Under the pieces are notes generated by a model, which was given only the letters and a program-made list of their open reading frames with translations, was not told the origin of the DNA and did no database searches. Below, piece by piece: positions 1-12,813 of a stretch of 64,000 bases of DNA (position 1 is the stretch's first letter; each line of letters opens with the position of its first letter). The DNA lies in NCBI GenBank assembly GCA_965287045.1, contig OZ336873.1, positions 111,910,001-111,974,000 of the forward strand. The letters are read 5' to 3'. The DNA comes from Carcharhinus amblyrhynchos. Lineage: Eukaryota. Both the position numbers and the translations under genes were made by a program.

Positions 1-535
1 TTCAATGTGATTGTTTGCTTATCCTACTTACTGACATCACTGCTGCTGGAGGCCAGAGATCCCTTTGATTTGACGCCAGATTTAAACTGCAATTAGGAAA
101 AGGGAAATCCGTACCTCAATGTTTGGCAGGTCTTTGTGGGCAGCTTACTTCAAAGTCAGCTGCAAGTGACATTGCTTCACTGCTGACTGTAGAATCCAGC
201 CCCATTTCTCTGCAACATTTTGCATAAATTTACAGAGGATAGAGGAAATCTCAGTTGTAGAATTTCTTAAGGTTGGTGGGTGAGCACTCGAATGTTATAC
301 CCAGAATCATGCTCATTCAGACCAGTATTTGGCCAATGTGAACTTGAATCTAGTGCAAGACCCAAGTCAAAGGGCAGAACATATAAATTAGAGCAAGCAA
401 ACAGAAATCACAAATCAAAGTTAAACAAATGAGGGCCTGAAGAAGGCTGGGAACTCACACTATATGTGCCTTTTTAATGTTTGAAAATTAAACTTTTAAG
501 TCATCTAACCATCATTCTTGCACATTAGGCACAGC

Positions 536-1310
536 AGGGATTAAATTGGATGGTCCCCAAATATGTGCCCATTCAATGTAATGCAGGCATTATGCCAACT
601 TTATGCTGTCTGCTCATTTGCATGTTTGCTGTGTGCAGTCAGCACTAACTGTTGTTCATTAGCTACACAAATCAGCGGGGGACCTAAAATCATAACTTGC
701 TCGCGCCACTTAAAGCAAGTCTGCGCTGCTTAACAGGGAAAGTTCACTGTAGCTGGAGCAGGGGCTCAGAGCTGTGTAGAATGAGATTCTGAGATGGGAA
801 ACGGTGAAGAATGGCAAACGATGGGAGAAAGATGGCACTAAGTAATTTGGACACTGCACCCGAGGCCATTCTGGACCAAGTGGAACGTCAGAGGGATATC
901 CTTTATTCACAGGAACCTAGGCTACCACCCGAAACCATGCTCAGGATGCACTGGGATCAGACAGTTGTGGAGATCAATGCCAGGAGGCGGGCCCTTGGTA
1001 CAATGTAGGAAGAAATTCAATGACCTCACATGACCTGTCAAGGTTGATGCATGTGTCTTCGGGTATCACATTTCAGTATCAGACAATGTTCAAATTGCTA
1101 CCACATCATTCCCACGTGCAAACCTTACCCATCATTCACCTACCAACAACCTCTTTCAGCCAGAAATCATCCATAGCATTCTTAAGCTTCACCTCAGCCT
1201 CACAACCCTAGCGCTATTGTAAACGTCAAACCCATCTTTCACAGCTTGCAATGTTTAAAGCTAGTCTGCGCTTCTCAAAAACGGAGATGTATTGTGGCTG
1301 AAACATGTGT
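536..1310 (+). mobile_element. PIF/Harbinger DNA transposon remnant with a decayed Myb/SANT-like exon (811-1042)
   Basis: 811-1042 translates with a frameshift to MANDGRKMALSNLDTAPEAILDQVERQRDILY..WDQTVVEINAR..CRKKFNDL, the Myb/SANT-like (trihelix) pattern of Harbinger ORF2. A related copy lies inverted at 61117-61356. Confidence 0.7.
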
Positions 1311-2299
1311 TCAGAGCTGTGTGGAATGTGAATCTGACAAGGGAAGAATCATAAAATCCCTATAGAATAGAAGAGGCCATTCAGTCCATCAAGGTTGCTC
1401 CAACTCTCTCACAGATTATCTTATCCAAGCCCTCTGCCCCACCCTACCTTGCAATCCTACACACTAACATAACTGCTATTGAAAATCAGTGTTTGGGCCT
1501 TTCCTGCTGGAGGGCCTGGCAGCATAGTGCTGAGCCATCAGTCCGAGATCAGTGCATGCACTGAGACATGTTTATTAATGAGAAAACATGTTTATTGATG
1601 AGAAAAACTATACGGAGGCCAGCAGCCCCACAGCTGCCCTTGCCCCTATATGTTTTCTACATGTTTTCTGCCTGAAAGAGGGCTTTACCCTCTTGAGAAA
1701 TTACCTACTCTCAATCCCAATTGATCCCCCAAGCAAGGTCACCCTCTTTTGCTGTGTTGCCTTAAAGGGACAATCACCACAAATCATCCCAGTCGGGGAC
1801 TTTATTGTCCATCATCAATTGCTTGGTAGCTACAGATGGAATTCTGAAGGACATATCTGCCAGGCTGGGCCTGTAGCAGGTGGTGAGTGAACTGATATAA
1901 GGGGTAAAAGAAAAACATTTGACCTCATCCTCACCAGTCAAACTGCCCCAGACTCATCTGTCTATGTCACTATTGGTACTTGTGAGTCTGATAGAAACAG
2001 TGTCAGAGACCAACAAGTAAACGAGTGAGATAGCAGAAATCAGAGGAAGATGGAGATAATACACCAAAGAGGATACAGTGCCAGAGACCAACAGGTAAGC
2101 AACACAGCCCTGAAGGAGCCTGGGGACAGAGCAACAGATTGGCTGGGCATAAGCATCAGGGAATGAAGTAAAACAAATGACCTCAGTGCAAAAGAAAGTG
2201 CTGACTAATGAGTAGATGTTAAGTTTTTTTTAAGGAAGTCATAAATAAATCTTTAGATCATTTCTGTTAATTGCCATTAGTCTAATAGATAGAGGCAGG

Positions 2300-3180
2300 C
2301 ATGGCACATCAATCCCATAAAGTGCACATCCTGTGTCATGTGAGAACTCCTGATACTTCTTGTACCTGACCACAAACATGCACAGGAAGGTTCGTCAGCT
2401 GGAGTAGCTCAATTTCAGGGTTTCAGAGCTTAAACAGCAGCTAAAGTACATTTATTAGTCACAAAAAAGGCCTACATTAACATTGCAATAAAGTTACTGT
2501 GAAATTCCCCTAGCCGCCACACTCCAGCGCCTGTTCAAGTCAATGTACCTAACCAGCACGTCTTTCAGAATGTGGGAGGAAATGGGAGCACCAGGAGGAA
2601 GCCCACGCAGATACAGGGAGAACGTGCAAACTCCACACATACAGTGACCCAAGCCGTGAATCGAACCCTGGGTCCCTGGCGCTGTGAGGCAATAGCACTA
2701 ACCACTGTGCCACTGTGCCATCCCTGGAATCAACACAAAGCTTTTAGCTATATGAATAGCAGATTTTTGCTGTGGTCACCCTTTTGCACGCAAGGGTGTG
2801 TGCAGGCTGAAAGGAGGATCAGGCAGGTGGTTTGATTGTTTATCTGGGGAGTGCAGCATGGTTCACTGTATAGCAGTGGGCGGGGGGGGTGGTGCAGAAG
2901 GAAGATTAGAAAAACAATAGTGCTCGTTAAAGGAACTTGAAGGCATTTCTGCAGTCACAGCCATGTATTCAGGATGGTAATTTGCCTCCATTTGTGCCAA
3001 GGAGTTTGTTGCGTGGCTGCAGAGTACTCTGAAGAGAGAGGGTAAACAGCTAGCAATCACGGTCCATGTAGACCATAGAGTGTTGAAGTCCTGCAGGCAG
3101 AATTTAGGGAGCCAGGAACTAGCAGTCAAGACCACAATCTCTGAATTATTCCTGATTCTATGAACTAATGTAGGTATAAA
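2300..3180 (+). mobile_element. CR1 LINE ORF1 remnant (zinc finger/coiled coil plus SGNH esterase-like part), interrupted by a SINE
   Basis: 2320-2440 gives KCTSCVM followed by ..RVSELKQQL. 2940-3110 gives RHFC..RMVICL..LQSTLKREGKQLAITVHV..EVLQAEFRE, typical of vertebrate CR1 ORF1. Many frameshifts. Confidence 0.65.
2443..2722 (-). mobile_element. HE1-like V-SINE, alternative-tail subfamily
   Basis: tRNA-like head (box A TGGCACAGTGGTTAG, box B GGTTCGATTC), V-domain core, tail CACAGTAACTT..TTGCAATGTTAATGTAGGCC..TGTGACTAATAAA. Confidence 0.9.
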
Positions 3181-3674
3181 CAATAGGGTTGCTAAAGCTT
3201 CATTGGAAGTGGCCTTGAGAAGCAGGGCGACATATTAACTCCTTGATGGGTGACATCAACATTGAAAGGATAAGGAAGAGGACAGGGATTTCAATATGGG
3301 GGCAATGATAGGGTCAAGAATAAAGGGGAGAGGCTGGATAGTTATAGGGGAATGGGAACAGAAAATGGTGACTTAAAGCTGAAGACTAGATTTCTGGCTT
3401 GGAGGTAGAGGCAGACAGTTCAAGGGGAATTAGCTCAATTCTATTCACTCACAGATACAAAGAGTGGAGAATGTAGGCTGTGAGCAATGTTGCCTTGCTG
3501 CTAGCTGTGGTTTGAATGGGGATAAGTTCTTGTGCTCAATTGGCAAAATTCTAAGAGGAGCACTGGCCTGAGCAGCAATAGGCAGTGGGGCCTTAGGAAG
3601 TCCCAAATGTTTTCGAGGAGGGACAAAATCCACAAAGATGTGTGGCATGAACAAGGGTACATAGAAGTCGCAGC

Positions 3675-4010
3675 TCATACATGGGAATGAGTGAAAGACA
3701 GTATACGGCACCTTCATTTATCTAGGGATATGGTAACTTATATCTGTCACCTTCTCTGTGAGTAACCCACGCACGATGCCAGTTGCTTTGAAGGTGATTG
3801 CTGCATGAGCTTTTTCACAAGCAGGTCCTTCCAAGTCTCCACTGGGGACCTTAGCAGAATATCACAAAAAGCAACACAAAGTGCATAAGGGAGGTGACAG
3901 GTGCCCTTTTCAATGAAGCTCACTTTTACGACTAGTTCCAAATGAATTATTTAAGCCAGGCTGCCAGAGCTGTGGGAGTTGCAATCTTACAAGTGCAGAG
4001 CGCCATCCCT
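3675..4010 (+). mobile_element. Harbinger (HARBI1-like) DDE transposase pseudogene fragment
   Basis: Frameshifted reading SYMGMSERQ..HLSRDMVTYICHLL..MPVALKVIA..FFTSRSFQVSTGDLSRISQKA..KCIREVTGALF..SQAARAVG..QVQSAI matches the HARBI1-family HTH and the run-up to the catalytic GAID motif. Confidence 0.75.
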
Positions 4011-4261
4011 TGGAAAGAGGATCTGCAGTCTATCCTTGAGGCAGTCCTCAGGGAGGTTTTGCTGAACTGTCATCCAGAGGGTTTGCTTCTCTTTGGGGTC
4101 ATTATTTACCTTTCTCTAACAAGACCTGGCCTGCAATATCTGTCCAGGTGTCATTTAAATGTGTTGCCAGGGCCTTTGACCCCATAAAGTAACTGCAGAA
4201 TTGATTTCTTCTTGCCTACCCAGCCTCAAGATTCGCCAAGATCCGATTCCTTCTTGCAGTT

Positions 4262-4429
4262 CAAAGAAGCATGGGTTTGGTTGATTGGCCACACTACATT
4301 GCCCCTTACTGTCAGGGGGATTAGCAGGGTAATATGTGGGGTTACGGAGATGGGGCCTAGATGGGATTGTTGTCGGTGCAATCTCGATGGGCTAAATGGC
4401 CTCCATCTGCATTGTAGGGATTCTATGAT
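4262..4429 (+). mobile_element. HE1 SINE, 3' half
   Basis: GGTTGATTGGCC..TTGCCCCTTA..GATGGGCTAAATGGCCTCC..GGGATTCTATGAT, a CR1-type tail. Confidence 0.85.
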
Positions 4430-7400
4430 CCTCCCCGATGTCGATCCAATGCAAATATTCATCCATCCTGCTGCCTGATGGGAACCAAACCGATTTTCCT
4501 TTCCATCACCCAGCTTATCTCCAGAATACAAAATTCCACTGAGTTTTTCCTTTCTTTTTAACTTTAGCTTTCTTGTATGTTGTCCTTGAAAATCATAATG
4601 CCCTTTCTGTATCTCCAATTCCCTACTTAGAATGAGGTATAATAATACCCAGAAATTTATACAACAACTAACTGTTTTAACTGTGCATGATGAGCTTTAA
4701 AAAAAAGTCACATTCCATTTTGTTTGTTGGCAATTATTTAAAGCCATCGTTTGTCTGATTCTGAAAATGTTACAGAATATTTGATGCCTTATTGCGATAT
4801 CATAGTCTATCGCTATTTTGAAAATCAATTTATGCCTAAAGAAAGCATCAAAGTTGGTTTTGATAAGTTATTTCATCCGAGTAAACAAATCAGCCTTTTA
4901 AAAATTCCAGTCAAATTTGCACTCTCATTTTGGCCTCCATTTTGCGTCCTTCACTGCTGCTGAACTATTGGTGAAAGCACCTCATTCTTCCTTATCAAGC
5001 TGATTACAATCCCAACTCACTTTTGATTGAGCATCAACATATATAAGGTAAGATGTGTATCAGAATCTAATGGGCTTATGCCTGAGCAGTAAGTAATTAC
5101 ACTGACTGTCACTACCTATGTGAAGTATCGCAGAACTGAGAAGCCAGAATATCAGAGCCACAGTGACAAATGTTTGTTAACATCACAGTTCCATCATTTT
5201 AACAGCTTTACCAAACGCACATTCTGTAGGATTCCCCTAGAGTATCTGAAAATTAACTGAGAATGTTAAGACAAAATAGAAGTAATTCAAATGAACTTAA
5301 AATATATGGTTAATTAAGTGTTTTCCACTATTTTGTTTATTTTTATTGACTGCATCACAAGCATTCACCTGTCTTGATGGAGTTTTGTTCGCAGTGGTGG
5401 GTATCTGTCTTCTCAACATGGATGAAAACCTGCAAATTACAGACATGCAAATGCAAATTATTAAGGAGAAGTATGTTGATAAAAAATTATAAAGTTATTC
5501 AGTAGCACAAACTAATTATCTCGTCAACTGAGTTACTCTTTAAACTGGATTATGTTTGGGGATGTAAGGCATCAGTTTTAATGTGATGTTGTTCTGTCTA
5601 AACATAAGGTAACATCTTAGTATTTTGTAAAAGTCCCAGTGTTGTTAAGGACCAGCTTCAGTCACTTCAAATGAATTCAACAATTCAAAATGCATAGGCA
5701 GTCTGATAACCAGCCGCCTGCACACATTCCCCGTAACATCTTTCCCTGGGGTGCCACCAATCTCTGAGGTGAGACAAGAAGCTTTTTTTCTCTAATCCAT
5801 TTGCTAAATTCTACCATTCACTACAACCTCATTAGCTTTCCAGAATACAACCTGTAAATCAAAACAAGGAGTGCTGCCAACTAAAGCAACACTTTACAGT
5901 AACATAGTACGCCAGGCCCTTTTCATAAGAATGTCAGAGGGAGTCATCCAAACAGCATGTGATAGAGGAGGCATTTTGTATAATTTTTCCACTTCAGTGC
6001 AAACCATAATTAATGCATACTATACATGAGAGAACATTATAGATGTTTCAATATTTTGCATATTATTGTGTGAGGTGAATAACAATCTTATCGCAATAGG
6101 TTTACATTTATTCGGGGACGAGGAGCTTTGAAAGTAGCCATAAAGTACTTAGTCCATGGAGAATTTATTCAAGAATATTAAGGTAATTTAATAAGGATAC
6201 AAAGTAGTGCTGACATCCAAAGCTAAAACAGAATGCAAATATATTCCAGCCTGTTATTCTATTTAAACCCACTCTGGGATAAAGCAGGGGATTCTATTGC
6301 TGATATACACGTTAGGTGGATCAAGGAAGTCTTTATAGGTGTTCGGGTCCAGACATCTTAAAAATGACTTAAACATCATTGGCATGAATATTTTTCACCT
6401 ACAGATCTGCCCTGAACCAATGCAATGAGTTGCAAATTGTAATTGTCGCAAAAGAAATGGTGCTGGAAAAAAAAATCTCTTGATATATTTGAGCGTGGTA
6501 ACTTGGTAAAGTTTGATAAATACAATTAAAATGATGTTATCTCAAAACAATAGGCCATTTTAATCTTAGTGACAATTGACACGATTCTAGAATTACTGAA
6601 AATGACTCTTTAAAATATACAATACTGTTTACGAGGTAGATTTCGGAACAGTTGGTAATTTCTTAGTTTTCTTTTCTATCCAGAACCTTTTAAATGATAA
6701 ACCCCAACATTCCAGTTTAATTTTTGGAGCCTTCTTGAAGACTTGCAAATCAGCGCTGTTAGGAGATGCTGCCAATGGTGGTTAACTCAACCTGGAGGCA
6801 TAGGCAGTATTGGCAACTGAGCCTAAACTAGCTCAAGTGTTTGCAGAAACCTGGGTTATTCTGAGTGTCATTTTTATGTTTGAAATTCAGTGATCGTTGA
6901 GCCATTTATACTGATATTGTGAGGCTTTGTGGGATGGGGGGGGACAGGTAGCAGGGAGGGGGTGTGCAGAAATCACACCAAATATAAAGTGTAATCGAGT
7001 GGTAATTTGTGTCTACAGAATATCAATGAGTTGCCAATGGATAACAGGAGTAAATTGGCTGTTACTCCTGTACCAGCTACCAGCAGAGTGCTATGTTGAA
7101 AGTGAGCCACATCCCCAGCCTGTGTTCCTCTTTGAGTGCAGCTCCCTCCTTGGAACACTCAATTGATGAATTTACCCTGCGTCCATATGTGACACTGAAT
7201 AAGTCATGCTGACCCATAAGTGAGTATAGCAAAACTCACAAATTAGGCTAGGTCAGTCCGATGTTCAAATACAAATCATATCCCATGGATTCTTGGCTTA
7301 TATCATCTTACATATCTACAATGTCAAATACCTCTCTCTATGTATTCCTCCTGTCCTTGACACTGACCCTTTATGATGCATCATAAAAAATTGTCAAACA

Positions 7401-8441
7401 CCCAAAATTGCCAAGAAAGAAAGCTTTCTGAGACGAAATTCAGCCTGCTGTTCAATTAAAAAAGCAGGGTGGAGAATAGAAAAATATATCTTATTTCAGC
7501 TCTTGGTATTCTTTCATTTTTGCACATGACGAACACTTCATTTAACTGACCTTGAACAATTAAGGTCATGTAATGATAACTGATGTTGCAGGAGTTCAAA
7601 AGAACACAGATTCTATTAAGCTGTTTGCACAGCCATTCTAAACTGCTCCTTGCTTAAACGGTTCCAGATAATGATTTATAAATGTTGGCAGATATTGAAA
7701 CTTGGATGTAGTGAAGATCCTAAGGGGTAATTTTGCTGGGATTTGTCATGGAGCTAGCTGTGAATATGGATAGGAAATAGCACCATATCTCTGATTTCCT
7801 GATCCACGTGTGACGTTCCTGAGGCTGCACACCAGCAGAAATAGCTCCTTAATAATTCTGGCAAATTCTATAATGGCTTTACTCTTTATAACAGTTTGAT
7901 CAGAACCTTCCTCTATTTTGAACATGTTACATCTGCTTTGTAATTTTTTGTCCACATTGAGTTGAATCCACCAAACAAATAAAGCAAGCCTAATATACGC
8001 AGGACAATTCTTTTACTTGAATCAATGTTATTATTGTATTTTTGTCATTGTGATGAATTGAGATCAACCCAATTTTAATAAAAAATGAAAAATTACATGT
8101 ACCAAATCCAACCAGCTTTCTCTTTCTGATTTGTTGCAATCAAGTTAACAGATCCAGGCTGTAATATTACATTTAATATCTGTAGTACTGAATTAAATCA
8201 GCAAAAAGTGACATTTCACTGGGTGAATCTACTTGTTGATAAATCAGTAATAAGGGAGTGCAAACTCAGGATTATCACTAGATTAAATAAAAGTATAAGC
8301 TCGAAGAGGATGTAGCCTGTTTTACATTGGGTTCTAAGTTAGCAATTCAGGCAGCAACTCAAATTATACAATTGAAAGACAGATTATGCTCGTGGAAAAT
8401 TAAAGGATATTTTATATTTTCCGATCTATCTGCAGAGACAT

Positions 8442-9240
8442 GGGGCTGGATTTTATGGCCCATTCCCTGCTCTGTACATTTTTGGCTGGGGAGAGGGCAT
8501 GCATGTACAATGTGAGGGGTAGAATATTCCATTCAGGAGGGTAAGTGGGGAGGGGGGAGCCCGGGTGAAAGTGACGGCTGGCTACACATGATCCCATGCT
8601 GGACAACTCATTCGATATTCATGCACAAGCAGCATGGTGAACCTTGTGGTGTGGGTGGTCAGCACATTCCTTGAAGCTGCCCCTCTGGTCCAAACCATTT
8701 CAGCCATTGGGAAGCCCTGTATTTGACACTGGCCCAGCACTGGTTTACTTCTGGCTTCTTCCCATCCCACCATGGTGAAGCTCATGCTGGAGGAACCCAC
8801 ATGAGTTCTTCTCTTGTTCATACACCCATGTGCAAGGAGACTTCAACACTGGGCGAGATAATGAAAGTCATTCCAATGAACCCCACCCCCCCACCCCTCA
8901 GAAACCATCACCCTTGAGACACATTCAAGGGATCCTCATCTGGGCATCATAGACATACCACATAACCCTCCTATCAGTTACGACCATCCATCTGGGATCC
9001 AGGGGGGCTCTAAGCCAGCACATTGTTGCCTCCTCCCCCACCCCAGGGCCCCTGTTGCCCTTCACCCTCCTCCCAGTCACACTCACCTACCTTGGTCAAC
9101 GTAAGTTTCCCTTCAGCACAAATTTTACTGCAGCTCCCGACCTTGCTGGGATTTGATGTTATGAGATTCATGAGTCCAGGGAACAAGCCTGTTTCTGAGT
9201 GGGCTTCACCATAGGGAGGATGATGTCAGATTTCTTGAGT
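8442..9240. mobile_element. Non-autonomous DNA transposon (Harbinger-type TIR) fragment
   Basis: Starts GGGGCTGGATTTTA, the terminal motif that recurs inverted (e.g. GAATCCAGCCC ending about 201) across the window. GC-richer interior; right end uncertain. Confidence 0.45.
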
Positions 9241-9261
9241 TTTGTTGAAGCTGTACTCATC

Positions 9262-9603
9262 CATGGTAGCACAGTGATTAACACTGCTGCTTCACAGCTC
9301 CAGGGACCTGGGTTCCATTCCCGACTTGGGTCACTGTCTGTGTGGAGTTTGCACATTCTCCCCGTGTCTGCATGGGTTTCCTCCAGGTGCTCTGGTCTCC
9401 TCCCACAGTCCAAAAATGTGTGGGTTAGGTTGATTGGCAATGCTAAAATTGCCCCTTAGTGTCCTGAGATGCACAGGTTAGAGGCATTAGTGGGTAAATG
9501 TGTGGGGATATGGGGTAGGGCCTTGGGTGGGATTGTAGTAGGTGCAGACTCGATGGGCCAAATGGCTTCTTTCTGCCCTGTAGTGTTTCTATGATTCTAT
9601 GAT
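9262..9603 (+). mobile_element. HE1 SINE, near full length
   Basis: tRNA-derived head, V-domain (GTGTGGAGTTTGCACATTCTCCCCGTGTCTGCATGGGTTTCCTCCAGGTGCTC), CR1-like tail ending TTCTATGATTCTATGAT. Confidence 0.95.
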
Positions 9604-9736
9604 CCAATGCTGAACATTGTGCTGTCATCAGCAAGCATCTTCACTTCAGATACTATCATGGGGGAAAGATCATATGGTGAAGTAGCTGGAGGTGGGTGGG
9701 TCTAAGACATTACAATGAGGACCTCCTGCAGTGATG

Positions 9737-11067
9737 GCATCTTGAAGGGAATTGCTTGATAGAGCAGACGCAACACGGTTTCGTTAAGGGGAAGTCGTGT
9801 CTGACAAATTTATTGGAGTTCTATGAGGATGTGTCTAGGGCGGTGGATAAAGGAGAGCCGGTGGATGTGGTCTTTTTTGATTTTCAGAAGGCGTTTGACA
9901 AGGTGCCTCACAAGAGGTTATTGCAGAAGGTAAGGGGGCACGGAGTTGGGAGTAGGGTGTTAGCGTGGATAGGGGATTGGTTGTCAAATAGGAGGCAGAG
10001 AGTGGGGGTTAATGGGTGCTATTCGGATTGGTGGTTGGTGACTAGTGGAGTGCCCCAGGGCTCGGTGCTGGGGCCTCAGCTTTTTACCATTTATATAGAT
10101 GATCTGGAGGAGGGAACCGAGTGTATGGTGTCGAAATTTGCTGATGACACCAAGACTGGTGGAACGGCAAATTGCGCGGAGGGTGTGGAGAGTCTGCAGA
10201 AGGATCTAGATAGGCTGGGCGAATGGGCCAGGAAATGACAAATGGAATTTAATGTTGGCAAGTGCGAGGTGGTCCACTTTGGTAGGAATAATGGTAGGAA
10301 AGACTATTACTTACGTGGCGAAAAACTGCAGCAGGCGATGGTGCAGAGGGACCTCGGGGTCCTTGTGCATGAGTTGCAAAAACCCAGCCTGCAGGTGCAG
10401 CAGGTGGTCAAGAAGGCGAATGGGATGCTGGCCTTCATAGTGAGGGGGATTGAATATAAAAGTAGGGAGGTCTTGCTGCGGCTGTATAGGGCATTGGTGA
10501 GGCCGCAGCTGGAGTACTGTGTGCAGTTTTGGTCGCCGTACTTACGCAAGGATATTTTGGCCTTGGAGGGAGTGCAGAGGAGGTTTACTAGGCTGATACC
10601 GGAGTTGAGGGGGTTGAGCTGTGAGGAGAGGCTGAATAAACTAGGTTTGTACTCGTTAGAGTTTAGAAGAATGAGGGGAGATCTCATTGAGACATATAAG
10701 ATGATGAATGGGATGGATAGGATAGAGGTGGAGAGACTCTTCCCGCTCAGAAAGGACAGTGGGTCTAGGGGGCACAGCCTCAAGATAAAGGGGGGGGCAG
10801 TTTAAAACGGAATTGAGGAGGAACTTCTTCACTGAAAGGTGGTGAATCTCTGGAATTCTCTGCCCGTTGAGGTGGTGGAGGCTGCCTCGCTAAGTATTTT
10901 TAAGACGCGGGTTGATAGGTTTTTGATAAGAGAGGGGATTAAGGGTTATGGGGAGAGGGCGGGAATGTGGAACTGAGCCACGACTGATCAGCCATGATCT
11001 TATTGAATGGCGGGGCAGGCTCGAAGGGCTAGATGGCCTACTCCTGCTCCTATTTCTCATGTTCTTA
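9737..11067 (+). mobile_element. Young 5'-truncated CR1 (HER1-like) LINE: RT domain plus 3' UTR
   Basis: [44 protein letters not shown] motifs; one TGG>TGA stop at 10236-10238; tail TTCTCATGTTCTTA; TGATG duplicated at 9732-9736 and 11068-11072. Confidence 0.97.
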
Positions 11068-11210
11068 TGATGTCCTGGAGCTGAGATGATTGACCTCTAA
11101 CAACCACAACCATTTTCCTTTGTGCCAAGTATGACTGCAGCCAGTGAAAAGTACCACCACCCACCCACCCACCACTGCCCCCCCCCCCACCCCCAACACC
11201 CCACCAATTT

Positions 11211-11383
11211 CCAAAGATGTGCAGGTTAGGTGGTTTGGCCATGCTAAATTGCCTCTTAGTGTCAGGGGACTAGCTAGGGTAAATGCATAGGGTTATGGAG
11301 ATAGGGCCTGAATGGGATTGTGGTCAGTGCAGATTTGATGGGCAAATGGCCTCCTTCTGCATTGTACGATTCTATGATTCTAT
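11211..11383 (+). mobile_element. HE1 SINE, 3' half
   Basis: CCAAAGATGTGCAGGTTAGG..GCTAAATTGCC..GATTCTATGATTCTAT. Confidence 0.85.
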
Positions 11384-12813
11384 TGGTTCCAGTTTCACGC
11401 AGGCTCCTTGAGATTATAGTCGGTCAAATGTGGTCTTGATGTCAAGGGCAGTTGCTCTCACTTCACCCCTGGAATTCAGCTTTGTTGTCCATGTTTGAAC
11501 CAAAGCTGTTATGGGATCAGGAGCTGAGTGACTGACAAAACACAAACTGAGTGTCACTGAGCAGATTATTGCTAAGCAAGTGCTGCTGTTGATGACCCCT
11601 TCCATCACTATACTAATTACTGAGAGTAGACTGATGGGGCAGTAATTGGTCGGGTTGGATTTGTCCTACTTTTTGTGTGCAAGACATTCCTGGGCAATTT
11701 TCCACATTGCTGCATAGATGCCAGTCTTTTAGCTGCACTGGAACAGTTTGGCTAAGGGCCTGGCAGGTTTTGAAGCACAACTCTTCAGTACTATTGCTGG
11801 AATATTGTCGCCTTTGCAGTATCCAATGCCTTCAGCCAATTCTCGCTATCACATGGAGTGAATCGAGTTGGCTGAAGACTGACATCTGCAATGTTGGAGC
11901 CCTTCAGAGGAGGCCAAGATGGATTATCCACTCAGCATTTCTAGCAGAATGTTGTTGTGAATGTTTCAGCCTTATCTACCTGCAATAATACACGCTGGCT
12001 TCCCCCATCATTGAAGATGGGGGTATTTGTGGATCCTTCCCCTCCAGTAAGTTGTTTAATTTTTCACCACCATTCACGGTTGAATGTGACAGATTGCAGA
12101 GCTTGGACCTGATCCGTTGTTTGTGGAATTGCTTAGCTCTGTCCTACTTGCTGCTTATGCTGTTTGGCCTGCAAGTAATCCTGTGTTGTAGCTTTACCAG
12201 GTTGACAATTCATTTTTAGGTATGCCTGGTGCAGCTCTCCCTGCACCCTTTATTGAACCAGGGTTTGATCCCTTGACTTGGTGGTAATGGTGGAGTGGGG
12301 GTTATGCTGAGGTTATGGGTTGCAGTTGAGCATAGTTAGCTAGGGGGCTAGCTAGGGAAACTGTATGGGGTTATGGGGATTGTAGGATTCTATGGCCCAC
12401 GGTGCCTCGTGGAAACCCAGTCTTGAGCTGCTAGATTTGCATAGTATTAGTGCCACACAACATGATGGACAGTATCCTCAATGTAAAGATGGGGCTTCCT
12501 CCCTACAAGGACTGTACGGTGGTCACTCCTACCGATACCATCATGGACGGATGTTTCTGTGGCAGACAGAGGATGATGTCACGTAGGTTTTTTCCTCTTG
12601 TTTGTTCCCTCACCACTTGCCACAGACCCAGTCTAGCCATTGTGTCCTTTAGAAATTGACCTGCTTGGTCAGTAGAAGTGTTACCAAGCCACACTTGGTG
12701 ATGGACATACAATTCCCAACCCAGAGTGCATTCTGTGCATTCAGCTTGAGGAGGCAGGGTATGTTGTAATCAGCAGGTTTCCTTGGCTACGTTTGGCCTG
12801 ATGCTGTGAGATT

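Larger units (their letters stand above)
9605..12810 (-). mobile_element. Second CR1-clade LINE family ('family B'), decayed ORF2, host to nested insertions
   Basis: Minus-strand ORF fragments ..ALVQTWTTKLNSRGEVRATALDIKTTFDRL, HWLQSYLAQRKMVVVVRGQSSQLQDI and VHHQVWLGNTSTDQAGQFLKD are RT/endonuclease motifs. Sequence is colinear across the CR1 insertion at 9737-11067. Confidence 0.8.

Noticed and set aside
1566-1605. 20-bp tandem duplication ACATGTTTATT(A/G)ATGAGAAA
   Set aside because: Only two adjacent units with no spacer: ordinary slippage, not a CRISPR array or satellite.
10307-10783. 158-aa minus-strand ORF (also 34043-34285)
   Set aside because: Antisense shadow of the CR1 RT frame.
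9756-10805. Long ORFs with RT motifs as a host gene or functional reverse transcriptase
   Set aside because: 5'-truncated CR1 with an in-frame stop, a 3' frameshift, and no endonuclease domain or promoter.
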